A stretch of DNA of 64,000 bases from an uncultured Candidatus Saccharibacteria bacterium (GCA_964644035.1 CAZXUH010000001.1:67712-131711), one strand, 5' to 3'; counted from the stretch's first letter, positions 1 through 11,069 are shown. Made by a program: numbers and translations. Notes: generated by a model not told the origin, from the letters alone.

Positions 1-3000
1 GACGAAAAGAGCAAAGAAGCATTCAAGGAACTTTTGGTAACAACTAAAAAGGATATTGAAGGTATCAAGGAAGGTATCGTGCTCGATGAAATCCAGTATC
101 ACAACTACTCAGTCAAATACAGCACACTCTTCGAAGCAGGCATCGGTGCGGAAGCAATTTACAATATTCTCAGAAACCTCGATCTTAAAAAGCTCGAGAA
201 ACAGCTCGAAGAGCGTCTCGAAAAGGCAAGCTCTCTTGAGTCTGAAAAAATCAACAAGCGTCTATCGGTTCTCCGAGCTATGGATAAATCAAACATTCGT
301 CCAGAATGGATGTTCCTGACTCGTATTCCAGTTATTCCTCCAGGACTTCGTCCGATGGTTGCTCTCGATGGTGGCCGCTATGCGACATCTGACGTCAATG
401 ACCTTTACCGTCGTGTCATCAACCGTAACAATCGTTTGATGAAGCTCAAGGAAATCAATGCGCCTGATGTGATCTTGCGAAATGAAAAGCGTATTCTTCA
501 GGAAGCAGTTGATGCTCTTATCGACAATTCGATTCGAAATGCCAATTCAAATTCTGGAGCCCAGAGCCTCGCACAACGCCGCGCTCTCAAATCACTTTCT
601 GACAACCTCAAATCGAAGCGCGGTCTTTTCCGTCAAAACCTTTTGGGTAAGCGTGTCGACTATTCTGGCCGATCGGTTATCGTCGTCGGTCCTACGATCA
701 AACTCAATCAGTGTGGTCTTCCAAAGTTCATGGCCCTCGAACTCTTCCGACCATTCGTTATTTCTGAAATTCTCAAGAGGGAATTGGTCTACAACATTCG
801 TGGTGCCAACAAGCTTATCGATGATGGAGTACCAGAAGTCTGGGCTATTCTCGAAGATGTGATCAAAGGCAAATACGTCCTCCTCAACCGAGCTCCAACA
901 CTTCACCGTCTTGGTATTCAGGCTTTCCAGCCAGTGCTTATCGAAGGTAATGCTATTCAGGTTCACCCTATGGTATGTACAGCGTTCAACGCTGACTTCG
1001 ATGGAGACCAGATGGCCGTACACGTGCCGCTTTCAGAAGAAGCACAGCTCGAAGCTCAGGAAATCATGGCTTCAGACAAAAACATTCTCAAGCCTGGTTC
1101 AGGAGAACCTACTGTTTCGGCAAAATTGCTCGACATTATTCTTGGTTGCTACTGGATGACAAAATCAGTTGCAGGCGAAAAGGGTGAAGGTAAATACTTT
1201 GCGACAGGACAGGATGCTATTATTGCCTACAACTTCGGCGAGCTTGCCATCCGTGCCAAGATCAAGATTCAGGCACCGGATAGTCCAAAATTTGCAGCTA
1301 TGCAGCCAGGTACAATGTTTGAAACAACGGTTGGACGCATTCTCTTCAACAATGTTCTTCCATCAGACTATCCTTATATCAATGATGAAATTGTTCGAAA
1401 GAAGATGGCATCTATCGTCGATGATCTTATAAACCGATATGGTCTCAATCAGGTTCCAGAAATTCTCGACCGCGTAAAGAACTTCGGCTTCAAATACGTC
1501 ACTATGTCGGGCGTGACATGGGGTATCGATGATGTTCAGATTCCAAAAGAAAAGGGAAGTATTATTGCTGCTTCAAAAACTCAAGCTGGCAAGGTCATTG
1601 ATCAGTTCAATGAAGGTTTGCTTTCTGCTGAAGAGCGCAAGAGAAAAACTCTTGAGATTTGGTATGACGCAAAAAGTCAGATTGAAAAGGTTATTCCTTC
1701 AACACTCGACTCAAAGGGTTCAGTACATGACATGATTCAGTCTGGTGCCCGAGGTTCGACATCTCAGATCACTCAGATGGCCGGAATGAAAGGTCTTATT
1801 GCCAACACCCAAGGAGAGACGATTGAATTCCCTATTCTTTCTTGTTCAAAAGAAGGTCTTACGCCGATTGAATACTTCATTACTACTCACGGTTCTCGAA
1901 AAGGTTTGACCGACACCGCTCTCAACACTGCCAAGGCTGGTTATCTCACTCGTAAGCTCTTCGTCGTTGCACAAGATGTCGTCATTAGCGAAGATGATTG
2001 CGGAACAAAAGAAGGTATTGTTATCAAGAGAGAGAAAAATGCTACAGGTATGAACATGCTCTCAAAAAATGTTCGAGGACGCATTTTGGCCGAGGATATT
2101 GTCGATTCAAAGGATCATATTATCTTCAAGAAAGGTCATTTGGTTACCAAGGACGATGCTGAAAAGATCGACGAATCAGGAGTACAGGCTGTATCAGTAC
2201 GCTCTCCTATGACATGTAAGACAGTCGAGGGTCTTTGCGCACGATGCTATGGTACCGACCTCGGTCGCGACAAGCTCGTAGAACTCGGTGAAGCAGTCGG
2301 TACGGTTGCCGGACAAGCTATCGGTGAACCTGGTACACAGCTCACGATGCGTACCTTCCACGCCGGCGGTGCGGCATCGGCAACAGGAGACATCACACAA
2401 GGTCTTCCACGTGTCGAAGAAATCTTCGAAATGCGCGAACCAAAACTTCCTGCAGCTGTTGCTCACGTTACGGGTACAATCACAGATATTAAAGAAGAAG
2501 GAAAAGAGAAGACAATTACTATTCTTGCTGATGAAGCAGGTAAGTCTAAGAAAAAGGCTGACGTTGAATACACAGTACCAATTGGCCGAACAGTGTTTGT
2601 CGCAAAAGGCGACAAGGTTGAAAAAGGAGATGTTATTACCGATGGTACTGCTTCTATCGATGAAGTCTTCAAATATGGTGGAAGAGAAAAAGCTCAGAAC
2701 TATATTATTTCTGAAGTCACCAAGCCATATGACTTGCAGGGTGAAGCGATCTCAAGAAAACACATTGAGGTTATCGTCAGACAGATGTTCTCTCGAACAG
2801 TTATCGAAGAACCAGGTGATACCGTATTCTCAATTGGAGATACAGTAGAAAACGCAAACTTCGAAATCGAAAACAAGCGTGTGCGTGCCAAGGGTGGTAC
2901 AGAAGCCAAGGCTACAGCTGCGGTTATGGGAATCACTGAAGTCTCGCTCACACGAAAGAGCTTCCTTTCAGCAGCGTCATTCCAACACACGACTCGTGTC

Positions 3001-3189
3001 CTTATCGACAGCGCCGTTCGTGGAAAAGAAGACGATCTCAAGGGTCTCATGGAAAACGTTATTATCGGCCGACTCATTCCTGCAGGTACTGGTTTCGCAG
3101 GCAGTCCGAAGCATGACATGATCAAGGATCTACAGAAGAAGCTCGACGCAATGCAGCCAAGCAGGGAAGACGCGGATGATATAAAATAA
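1..3189 (+). CDS. rpoC: RNA polymerase beta' subunit (5'-truncated by window)
   Basis: NADFDGD catalytic motif, GKRVDYSGRSVI, QAIGEPGTQLTMRTFH; frame open from base 1. Confidence 0.99.
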   Translation, partial: DEKSKEAFKELLVTTKKDIEGIKEGIVLDEIQYHNYSVKYSTLFEAGIGAEAIYNILRNLDLKKLEKQLEERLEKASSLESEKINKRLSVLRAMDKSNIRPEWMFLTRIPVIPPGLRPMVALDGGRYATSDVNDLYRRVINRNNRLMKLKEINAPDVILRNEKRILQEAVDALIDNSIRNANSNSGAQSLAQRRALKSLSDNLKSKRGLFRQNLLGKRVDYSGRSVIVVGPTIKLNQCGLPKFMALELFRPFVISEILKRELVYNIRGANKLIDDGVPEVWAILEDVIKGKYVLLNRAPTLHRLGIQAFQPVLIEGNAIQVHPMVCTAFNADFDGDQMAVHVPLSEEAQLEAQEIMASDKNILKPGSGEPTVSAKLLDIILGCYWMTKSVAGEKGEGKYFATGQDAIIAYNFGELAIRAKIKIQAPDSPKFAAMQPGTMFETTVGRILFNNVLPSDYPYINDEIVRKKMASIVDDLINRYGLNQVPEILDRVKNFGFKYVTMSGVTWGIDDVQIPKEKGSIIAASKTQAGKVIDQFNEGLLSAEERKRKTLEIWYDAKSQIEKVIPSTLDSKGSVHDMIQSGARGSTSQITQMAGMKGLIANTQGETIEFPILSCSKEGLTPIEYFITTHGSRKGLTDTALNTAKAGYLTRKLFVVAQDVVISEDDCGTKEGIVIKREKNATGMNMLSKNVRGRILAEDIVDSKDHIIFKKGHLVTKDDAEKIDESGVQAVSVRSPMTCKTVEGLCARCYGTDLGRDKLVELGEAVGTVAGQAIGEPGTQLTMRTFHAGGAASATGDITQGLPRVEEIFEMREPKLPAAVAHVTGTITDIKEEGKEKTITILADEAGKSKKKADVEYTVPIGRTVFVAKGDKVEKGDVITDGTASIDEVFKYGGREKAQNYIISEVTKPYDLQGEAISRKHIEVIVRQMFSRTVIEEPGDTVFSIGDTVENANFEIENKRVRAKGGTEAKATAAVMGITEVSLTRKSFLSAASFQHTTRVLIDSAVRGKEDDLKGLMENVIIGRLIPAGTGFAGSPKHDMIKDLQKKLDAMQPSREDADDIK

Positions 3190-3195
3190 GTCTCA

Positions 3196-4884
3196 ATGGC
3201 ATCAGACGTAGAGCGCATCAAAGAAAAACTGCCTATTGAGGAGGTGGTTGGTGCGTACGTCAAATTGGAAAAAGGTGGAGGAAGACTCAAAGGCCGATGT
3301 CCTTTTCATTCAGAAAAGTCCCCTTCTTTTTTCGTTTCTCCGGAACGCGGTTCTTACTATTGTTTTGGTTGCGGAGCCAAGGGTGACATCTTTACCTTTG
3401 TCGAAGAATTCGAACATCTCGATTTCTTGGGTGCACTCAAAACTCTAGCTGAACGTGCAGGTATACAATTGACCAATCAAGTTCCAGAAAATAGAACAGA
3501 GAAAGATGCTCTCTATGAAATTTTGGAGCGATCGACATTGTATTATCAGAAGCAACTCGCCGAGCGCAAGGATATTCAAAAATATCTTGTTGATCGCGGT
3601 ATGACCATAGCTACCATCAAGGCGTGGAGGATTGGTTTCGCACCAGATGATTGGACGGCGCTCTCCGATGCGCTCAAGGGTAAGGGTTACAATCAATCGC
3701 TCATTGAAAAAGCCGGACTCTCTAAACCTTCTGAAAAAAAGCCAGGCGAACAATACGATCGATTTAGAAGCAGGATTATGTTTCCGCTTTTTGATATTAG
3801 CGGTAGGGTAATCGGTTTCTCCGGAAGAATATTTGGCGACGAAGCCAATGCTGCCAAATATCTCAATAGTCCGGAGACGGCACTCTTCGACAAGTCATCG
3901 TTCTTGTTTGGTTTTGACAAAGCTAAGCTTGAGATAAAAAAGCAGGAAGCGGCAATACTCGTCGAAGGTCAAATGGATCTCATCATGAGTCATCAGGCAG
4001 GAGTGACCAATACGGTTGCTGTCTCAGGCACATCACTGACTGAAAAGCATATTGATATGCTTAGGCGTTTTGCTAAAAAAGTCATATTAGCATTTGATGC
4101 TGATACTGCCGGAGAGCGAGCCAGCGAACGCGCATGGCAGATTGCCTTGGCCAAGGATATGGAAGTCAAAGTGGTTTCTATACAAGGCGGCAAGGACCCG
4201 GCTGATCTTATAAAGGAAAAACCTGATCTCTGGGTCGAAGCGCTTAAGCACGAACTCCATATCATTGAATACCAACTCAAGAAAGCAATGATAGAAAGTG
4301 ATCCTCGGGCACGCAATAAAAGGATAGAGTCGGATGTATTACCGTATATAGCAGCTCTTCAAAGTCCTATCGAACAGTCGTATTTCTTGAGTATTGTATC
4401 GTTGCAGTCGGGTGTAGCAGAAAAGATACTTGCAGAGTCATTGGCTCGAATAGAAGTGGTAGAAAGTCTGGCTCTTGGAAAGAACAATGCTGTAGAGAAC
4501 ATTCATAAAGCCAATCGTCTCGATATGATCGAACGCAAAATGGCTGCACTCTTGGTCTGGTCCAAATCGCCCGAAGAGCTCAGGGAAAAGCTTAAGATTA
4601 TTGATGATAAGCTCATTAAGAAGCTCGACGGGATTATTGATTTGGAAAGGGAAGCGCTTCAGTTTGAAGCCGAGGCTTCTTTCCAAAATGCTCAGAATAT
4701 AGAGCGAGAAATTCAGGAATTGGTCCGCAATCTTCATGAAGAGTATCTCAAGCAATCACTCGCTGAGACCATGATGGAGCTCAAGAGAGCTGAAGCAGCC
4801 AAGGATCAAGCCAAACTTGAAACCTTGCTAAAAACGTGCCAAGACATTTCAATGCAATTGCATACATTAAAAAAACAATTATAA
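3196..4884 (+). CDS. dnaG: DNA primase
   Basis: CPFH...CFGC zinc finger, KYLNSPET, TOPRIM EGQMD and DAD. Confidence 0.98.
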   Translation: MASDVERIKEKLPIEEVVGAYVKLEKGGGRLKGRCPFHSEKSPSFFVSPERGSYYCFGCGAKGDIFTFVEEFEHLDFLGALKTLAERAGIQLTNQVPENRTEKDALYEILERSTLYYQKQLAERKDIQKYLVDRGMTIATIKAWRIGFAPDDWTALSDALKGKGYNQSLIEKAGLSKPSEKKPGEQYDRFRSRIMFPLFDISGRVIGFSGRIFGDEANAAKYLNSPETALFDKSSFLFGFDKAKLEIKKQEAAILVEGQMDLIMSHQAGVTNTVAVSGTSLTEKHIDMLRRFAKKVILAFDADTAGERASERAWQIALAKDMEVKVVSIQGGKDPADLIKEKPDLWVEALKHELHIIEYQLKKAMIESDPRARNKRIESDVLPYIAALQSPIEQSYFLSIVSLQSGVAEKILAESLARIEVVESLALGKNNAVENIHKANRLDMIERKMAALLVWSKSPEELREKLKIIDDKLIKKLDGIIDLEREALQFEAEASFQNAQNIEREIQELVRNLHEEYLKQSLAETMMELKRAEAAKDQAKLETLLKTCQDISMQLHTLKKQL

Positions 4885-4894
4885 TCACGCTATT

Positions 4895-6115
4895 ATGAAG
4901 AAGACCAAAAAAACTAAAAAAGCGCCGAAGAAATCCCCTGCTACTGCCAAAAAAAGCGCCAAGAAGAGTCTTAAAAAGCGCCCTGCAAAGGTGAGCAAGA
5001 AGCCTGCACCTTCGAAAGCTCAGAAGGCGAAGAAGGTCCTTTCTCCAAAGGCTATGGCCGAAAAGGCTGATATGATTGTCCTTCGTGGCAAAGAAAAGGG
5101 ATTTGTAACCTACGATGAAATTCTCAAGGAATTCCCAAACATAGAAGACGATATCAATTTCCTGGATTCGCTCTATGACAAGCTTTCTACAGCTGGTATC
5201 GATATTCTCGAAGGTGGTGGTCTTCTCGATTTTGGCACAGAAGAAAAAGAAATAAGCCGAAAATACGGCAGCAGGGAAAGCGAGTCGCACGATTCCATCC
5301 AGATCTATCTCAAGGAAATTGGTCAGTATCCGCTCATCTCTGCGGGCGACGAGCGAGAGCTTGCTAAGCGTATTGAAAAAGGTGATATGGAGGCCAAAAA
5401 TCTTTTGGCTCGTGCCAACTTGCGTCTCGTAGTCTCGATTGCCAAAAAGTACGTCGGTCGCTCTCCTGATCTCACCCTTCTTGACCTTATTCAAGAAGGA
5501 AATCTTGGTTTGTTTAAAGCTGTAGATAAATTTGATTGGAATAAAGGATTCAAGTTCTCGACCTATGCGACATGGTGGATCAGACAAGCTATTACGCGTG
5601 CTTTGGCCGACCAATCTCGCACTATTCGTGTGCCGGTGCACATGGTAGAAACCATTGCCAAGTATAAGCAGGTGGTACGACGGCTTTCTCAAGATCTTGG
5701 CCGCGATCCGCTCCCAGAAGAAATTGCCAATGAAATGGGTCTTGATATAGAAAAAATATATACCATAGAAAAGATCGATCAAAACACTGTCTCTCTCGAA
5801 AGTCCTGTGGGCGAAGATGATGAAAAATCAACACTCGGTGATTTTGTCTCTGATGACAAGATTCTTTCTCCAGATCAAGAATCTTCACGTCGTATTATAA
5901 GCGACCAGGTCAGAGAAATTCTCGATGATCTTCCTGAGAAAGAACGCAAGATTCTCGAACTTCGTCATGGTCTTATTGACGGCATACAACATACGCTCGA
6001 AGAAGTAGGTAAGAAGTTTGGTGTTACTCGAGAACGTATTCGTCAGATTGAAGCCAAGGCTCACGAAAAGATTCGTCAGCATGACAAGGTCAATAAACTT
6101 AAGAACTATTTTTAA
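4895..6115 (+). CDS. rpoD: Primary sigma-70 factor with Lys/Ala-rich N-terminal tail
   Basis: NLRLVVSIAKKY, DLIQEGNLGL, FSTYATWWIRQAITRA, TRERIRQIE; follows dnaG. Confidence 0.97.
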   Translation: MKKTKKTKKAPKKSPATAKKSAKKSLKKRPAKVSKKPAPSKAQKAKKVLSPKAMAEKADMIVLRGKEKGFVTYDEILKEFPNIEDDINFLDSLYDKLSTAGIDILEGGGLLDFGTEEKEISRKYGSRESESHDSIQIYLKEIGQYPLISAGDERELAKRIEKGDMEAKNLLARANLRLVVSIAKKYVGRSPDLTLLDLIQEGNLGLFKAVDKFDWNKGFKFSTYATWWIRQAITRALADQSRTIRVPVHMVETIAKYKQVVRRLSQDLGRDPLPEEIANEMGLDIEKIYTIEKIDQNTVSLESPVGEDDEKSTLGDFVSDDKILSPDQESSRRIISDQVREILDDLPEKERKILELRHGLIDGIQHTLEEVGKKFGVTRERIRQIEAKAHEKIRQHDKVNKLKNYF

Positions 6116-6124
6116 ATAAATAAA

Positions 6125-6152
6125 AAAACACCCAGCGAATGCTGGGTGTTTT
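6125..6152. terminator. Bidirectional intrinsic terminator
   Basis: AAAACACCCAGC-GAAT-GCTGGGTGTTTT between convergent genes. Confidence 0.85.
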
Positions 6153-6165
6153 GTGTTGTGGGCGA

Positions 6166-6630
6166 TCAGATGAGTATTCTGCTGCCGGTGGTAATGATGC
6201 CGTCGGTCAGAACTTCGGCGATGATACCACCCTTGCCTTCAAATAGTTTCTTGAAGCCGTTCTTACGGCAGAGTTGATCCACCCGATCGCAAGGTGGACA
6301 CAATGCTACTCCGCGCATGCGGACTCTTCCACCGATTGCAAATTGTTTGCCAACAAGATCGTTGAGTCTGACGCCTTGGGTCACGATGTTGCGGCGTGAA
6401 TCGACGGGTCTAAACATGCCCAGTACACCTTTTGCATCATGGAAGGCTTCAAACTCAATCAGGGTCACCTGTCTATTTCCAGGATTCATTTTCTCCCAAT
6501 TTCCTTTGCCCTTGTAATAGCGATCGCCAGCAAGACCTTTGCCAGTCTCTGCAAAGACTTGTGGTTCAAGCCGCATTTCTTTGCCTGGCTCCCAAGCTAT
6601 GTAAATCAACGCAACCTCTGGTTCTTTCAT
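6166..6630 (-). CDS. MOSC-domain (YiiM-like) protein
   Basis: GLAGDRY, RQVTLI, RRNIVTQG, CPPC, GGIIAEVL..G.I. Confidence 0.85.
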   Translation of the reverse strand: MKEPEVALIYIAWEPGKEMRLEPQVFAETGKGLAGDRYYKGKGNWEKMNPGNRQVTLIEFEAFHDAKGVLGMFRPVDSRRNIVTQGVRLNDLVGKQFAIGGRVRMRGVALCPPCDRVDQLCRKNGFKKLFEGKGGIIAEVLTDGIITTGSRILI

Positions 6631-6736
6631 TGTTTCCTTTCTGTTGGTACAAGACTGGTACTATCCTACTTAAATACCCTCAAAAAACAAGTCTATTTTT
6701 TTATTAAAAACAGCCTGAATATGCAATAATAGCCCT

Positions 6737-9661
6737 ATGCCGACGAGCGACTTATTCCAAAATCTCTATAAAAAACTCAATAAAGCCCAGAAAGAAGCCG
6801 TCGATACTGTCGAAGGACCGGTAATGGTTGTGGCTGGACCTGGTACGGGCAAAACACAGATACTATCGCTGCGTATAGCAAATATTTTACTCAAGACTGA
6901 TGCTGCTCCAGGTTCGATATTGGCAATTGCTTTTACTGAATCTGCAGTCAAAGCTATGCGCAAGCGTTTGATCTCTATTATTGGCACAAGAGCATATCAG
7001 ATTCCTATTTATACCTTTCATGCCTTTGCCAATGATCGCATTCAGGAATTTCCAGATTCGTTTCCAAGAATTATTGGTGGGGAATCGGCAAGTGATATGG
7101 ATAGGATTAGTCTCATTGAAGAGATTTTGGTAGCAGGAGAATGGGCCAAGCTGCGTCCATCTGGCGATCCTCTGTATTATGTAAAACCTGTCTTGTCTGC
7201 TATTCAATCGATAAAGCGAGAAGGATATACTCCTGAAACCTTTTTATCATATGTCCAAGATCAGCAGAAAAAATACGACGCTATTCAAGACAAAGTGCAT
7301 ATAAAGGGTGCTTACAAAGGAAAGATAAAAGCAGAATATATTGCTCTCCAAGAAAAAATAGAGAAAAATCTCGAACTTCAAAAAGTTTTTGATCTCTACG
7401 AGCAAAAGCTTAGGGAAAAGAAAATCTATGATTTTGAAGACATGATCATAGAAGTTGCCAAAGCCATGCAATCCGACGAGCAATTTCTAAGATTGTTGCA
7501 AGAGAGGTATCAGTATATTTTAGTCGATGAATATCAGGACACCAATGGCGGACAAAATAAACTCGTCGATCTATTGGCTTCATTTCATCCCAATCCCAAT
7601 ATTTTCGTGGTAGGAGACGACAAACAAGCGGTGTATAGATTCCAAGGTGCATCGCTTGAAAACTTTCTTTCATTTAAAAAAAGATATCCTGATACAAAAG
7701 TTGTTGTGCTCAAGGAAAACTATCGTTCATCTCAGCCGATCCTCGATAGCTCGCATGAGCTGATTATTAAAAATCCTATTGTTGATTCTGATCTTATTGC
7801 TCCACTACGATCACAGCTCGAAGCAATTGATAAAATAACCATACTAGAAGCACCAGACCAAGACGAAGAGTATCGATATATAACTACTGATATTAAAAAA
7901 AGACTGGAGGCAGGTATTAAGCCCGAAGAGATTGCGCTTATCTATCGTGACAACAGCGATGCTGACAGAATAGTCAGATTTTTGGAGACTGCAGATATTA
8001 CTTATAGTGTCGCTTCGGACAACAATATTTTTGATGATAGGGATATTAGTAGGCTCATTGATCTACTCAATTGTCTTGCGCATTTCAATGAAGAAGAATA
8101 TGTAGCCAAGATTTTGCTTTTTGATTTTATTGATATTCCGCTCGAAAAAGCTATGAGCATGATCGTCGAAGCTCGGACAAGCCGCACAAGTATTCAAAAG
8201 GTCATTGAAAAAGAAATGCCAGAGCTGCATGCAAAGCTCATTCATTTTGCTCGACGTGCTCACAATGAATCGCTCTGTGATGTGATCGAAAGTATTATGC
8301 ATGATTTTGGCTTCATGAAGCATATTCTTTTTCATAGTAAGAATCATGATAAAGCTGACAAGGTTCGAGTGGTTTTGCACGAATGCGAGCGTTTCGTCCT
8401 TCGGAATAAACACGCTACGATAGCCGATTTTACCGCTCATATCGATCGTATACGAAGCCACAAGGTGCCTATTCGCTCTCAGGCTACTGCCAAGGTCGGT
8501 GTGCAGCTCATGACAGCACATCGGTCAAAAGGTCTTGAATTTGATGTTGTGTACATCATCAATGCAACTGACGGACATTGGAGCAATAAGCGCTTACCAA
8601 AACTGTTTCATTTGCCAGGTATCAACACTGATACCAATAAAGATACGTCGCTAGAAGATGATAGAAGATTGTTTTTCGTAGCTATGACTCGTGCTCGACA
8701 TGCTTTAATCATTGGTTATGAGCGACATGCACTCGATGGTAAAGAACTTTTTCCAGTGCCGTTTATTGAAGAAATAGGCGAAACACATTTCTCAAAAGTA
8801 TCCCTTGAAGAAAGAAAATTACCTGAAGCTTCACAGAAAAAAGACGAAGATCAAACAGAAAGAATGGAGAAGTATCGTCACTATATTGAAAGCCTGTTTC
8901 ATGATCAAGGACTTTCGGTGACCGCTCTCAACAACTATCTGACATGTCCGTGGGAATATTTCTTCAAGAATCTGCTATGTATTCCAGCTATGAAGTCGAA
9001 ACCTGAACTCTATGGTACGGCCATTCACGAAGCACTCCGGTATGCGGCAAAAGATTTTTTGCAAGATGGCAATGTAGAAGAAAAAAAAGTAATAGGCTAT
9101 TTTGAGCGAGGATTGGAAAGATTACCTTTGACCGAGCGCGATTTCAATGAACTCAAAAAGCGCGGTAGCGACGCACTTGGTATATATCTCAAGCATGCCA
9201 ACTGGCAAAAGGATATGAAAGTAGAATTTAAAATCACCACTGAGATCGATGGAATAGAACTCAGGGGCAATCTCGACAGGATAGATTTGCATGACAATGG
9301 CGAACTAACAGTGGTTGACTACAAGACCGGCTCGCCAAAAACGAGGAATCATATTATGGGTAAAACCAAAGATGCGAGCGGAGATTATTTGCGTCAGCTG
9401 ACATTTTACAAAATACTTATCTCAAGTGCCGATCTCAGTAAGTTTTATCGATTCAAGGAAGGGGTAATCGATTTTGTCGAACCCGATGAAAAGGGTAATC
9501 ATCACAGGGAAGCATTTGTCATAACAGATGAAGAAGTAGAAGCACTGCAAGCCGTGATCAAAAGAGTGGCAAGTGAAATAACCTCTCTGAGTTTCATTTC
9601 ACATGTCTGCGAAGACGAGTCGTGCGAATATTGTCAGCTGGCAAAATCTCTGAAATTTTAA
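6737..9661 (+). CDS. UvrD/PcrA-type SF1 helicase fused to C-terminal PD-(D/E)XK nuclease
   Basis: AGPGTGKT, DEYQD, VGDDKQAVYRFQG, TAHRSKGLEF, VAMTRA; GNLDRID..VVDYKTG; Cys in YLTCP and CEDESCEYC. Confidence 0.92.
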   Translation: MPTSDLFQNLYKKLNKAQKEAVDTVEGPVMVVAGPGTGKTQILSLRIANILLKTDAAPGSILAIAFTESAVKAMRKRLISIIGTRAYQIPIYTFHAFANDRIQEFPDSFPRIIGGESASDMDRISLIEEILVAGEWAKLRPSGDPLYYVKPVLSAIQSIKREGYTPETFLSYVQDQQKKYDAIQDKVHIKGAYKGKIKAEYIALQEKIEKNLELQKVFDLYEQKLREKKIYDFEDMIIEVAKAMQSDEQFLRLLQERYQYILVDEYQDTNGGQNKLVDLLASFHPNPNIFVVGDDKQAVYRFQGASLENFLSFKKRYPDTKVVVLKENYRSSQPILDSSHELIIKNPIVDSDLIAPLRSQLEAIDKITILEAPDQDEEYRYITTDIKKRLEAGIKPEEIALIYRDNSDADRIVRFLETADITYSVASDNNIFDDRDISRLIDLLNCLAHFNEEEYVAKILLFDFIDIPLEKAMSMIVEARTSRTSIQKVIEKEMPELHAKLIHFARRAHNESLCDVIESIMHDFGFMKHILFHSKNHDKADKVRVVLHECERFVLRNKHATIADFTAHIDRIRSHKVPIRSQATAKVGVQLMTAHRSKGLEFDVVYIINATDGHWSNKRLPKLFHLPGINTDTNKDTSLEDDRRLFFVAMTRARHALIIGYERHALDGKELFPVPFIEEIGETHFSKVSLEERKLPEASQKKDEDQTERMEKYRHYIESLFHDQGLSVTALNNYLTCPWEYFFKNLLCIPAMKSKPELYGTAIHEALRYAAKDFLQDGNVEEKKVIGYFERGLERLPLTERDFNELKKRGSDALGIYLKHANWQKDMKVEFKITTEIDGIELRGNLDRIDLHDNGELTVVDYKTGSPKTRNHIMGKTKDASGDYLRQLTFYKILISSADLSKFYRFKEGVIDFVEPDEKGNHHREAFVITDEEVEALQAVIKRVASEITSLSFISHVCEDESCEYCQLAKSLKF

Positions 9662-9666
9662 ATAAC

Positions 9667-9693
9667 AAAAAAGGGGACTGAGTCCCCTTTTTT
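9667..9693. terminator. Bidirectional intrinsic terminator
   Basis: A6-GGGGACT-G-AGTCCCC-T6. Confidence 0.8.
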
Positions 9694-9710
9694 AATTCCT
9701 TTTCAAATTC

Positions 9711-10460
9711 CTAGTTTGCCAATATTGATTGGATAATTGTCTTGAGCGTGAGATATGGAAGTGCGCCGCCATCGAGGGGAATAGTCCTGCCTGATCGTGT
9801 ATCAAGGATGACACTGTATGGGGTGCCTTGAGCACCAGCGATGATAGCTGCATCGTATGCATCAGATATTTTCTGAGCGTATTTACCACTATCGAGACAT
9901 GTTTTGAATTGATCAGCACTGAGGCCTACTGTCGCAGCGATTTCATAGAGCTTATTGTGATCGAGACCATTGTTCGATGGAGTAATCGCATAGAGTCTGT
10001 CTGTATATGCCCAGAACTTTTCATTGCCACCAAGTTCTGCTGCACATTCTGTAGCTTCAGCTTCTTTGCCAGCTTTTGAGTGAAGTGGTGGGCGAGTCTC
10101 AGAGCCTTTATAAAGTGGGAAATGTCGATATACCCACGCTACGTCGCCATTGGTACCGAGTTCTGAAACGAGCTGCTGAAGAGTAGTGTGGAACTGTTTG
10201 CAGAATGGACATTCGGTATCTGAGTATTCTATAAAGAGTATTTTTGCATTTGGATTGCCAAGAATATGATCTTTGTTGGTAACAGGCTCTATATTGACCT
10301 GTTGGTTTTCAATATCGGTAGGATTCTGAGCAACTTTCTTACCATTGTCGATAAAACTTTTGGCAATAAGTGTACCGGAGATCATGAGTCCGGCGACGAC
10401 GATAGCGATAGCAATAATAAGTGATGAATTTTGCTGTGGGGGTGTATTTGTGGGTTCCAT
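9711..10460 (-). CDS. Membrane-anchored DsbA/BdbD-family thiol oxidoreductase
   Basis: N-terminal TM, EYSDTECPFC, YRHFPL, GTP cis-Pro loop. Confidence 0.92.
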   Translation of the reverse strand: MEPTNTPPQQNSSLIIAIAIVVAGLMISGTLIAKSFIDNGKKVAQNPTDIENQQVNIEPVTNKDHILGNPNAKILFIEYSDTECPFCKQFHTTLQQLVSELGTNGDVAWVYRHFPLYKGSETRPPLHSKAGKEAEATECAAELGGNEKFWAYTDRLYAITPSNNGLDHNKLYEIAATVGLSADQFKTCLDSGKYAQKISDAYDAAIIAGAQGTPYSVILDTRSGRTIPLDGGALPYLTLKTIIQSILAN

Positions 10461-10493
10461 AATGCCGATATTATATCATGATAAAAAAGAAGC

Positions 10494-11069
10494 CTAAAAG
10501 CCAAGGGTATGGGTCATGGCATGTTCATTGACCTCAAGCCATTTCGAAGTGTCGAGTTGAATTTTATTTTTCTTACCATCTTCTTTGAATAGTAGCTCAT
10601 TATTCTTAAGTGCATATTCAAAAAGCTCTTTGGTAATTTTCACATCCATTTGACAGTATTTTTTGATCTTATCGATTTCACCTGTTTTCCACCACTCCAC
10701 TGCCTGCAAGCCATGACCACTTTTCTTTTTGCCAAGTGTCGCTTCGGCCACTTGATCCATCCTGACGCGACGTCCTATTGAGTCTCGGATTTCTTTCAGA
10801 AGATCCAAGCTTTTGATTTTGGTAAGATCGCCAGCATAGTATTTGTTGAGAATAGGAATATCAAAATGATCAGAGTTGTATCCGACAAGCATTTCTGTCT
10901 TTTCTAAAATAGGCCAGAGATTGGGCAATTCTTCTACAAGAAATGAATGGTATTTATCAGTCGATGAATCGTATATACAGACCACAGAGATATCGAGCAA
11001 GACCGGATCAGCTCGGCCGACATCCTGAAAAATATTCCTTGTTTCAATATCAAAAGCAACGTACTTCAT
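10494..11069 (-). CDS. RNase H-like/DEDD exonuclease-fold protein (YprB-like)
   Basis: FDIET, GYNSDHFDIP, YCQMDV; start placed at MKYVAF just after hisS stop. Confidence 0.85.
   Translation of the reverse strand: MKYVAFDIETRNIFQDVGRADPVLLDISVVCIYDSSTDKYHSFLVEELPNLWPILEKTEMLVGYNSDHFDIPILNKYYAGDLTKIKSLDLLKEIRDSIGRRVRMDQVAEATLGKKKSGHGLQAVEWWKTGEIDKIKKYCQMDVKITKELFEYALKNNELLFKEDGKKNKIQLDTSKWLEVNEHAMTHTLGF

Noticed and set aside
4781-5782. 333-aa antisense ORF over rpoD (and similar shadows over rpoC, gyrA, lepA, typA, ftsZ)
   Set aside because: Antisense shadows of conserved genes with no motifs or expression signals
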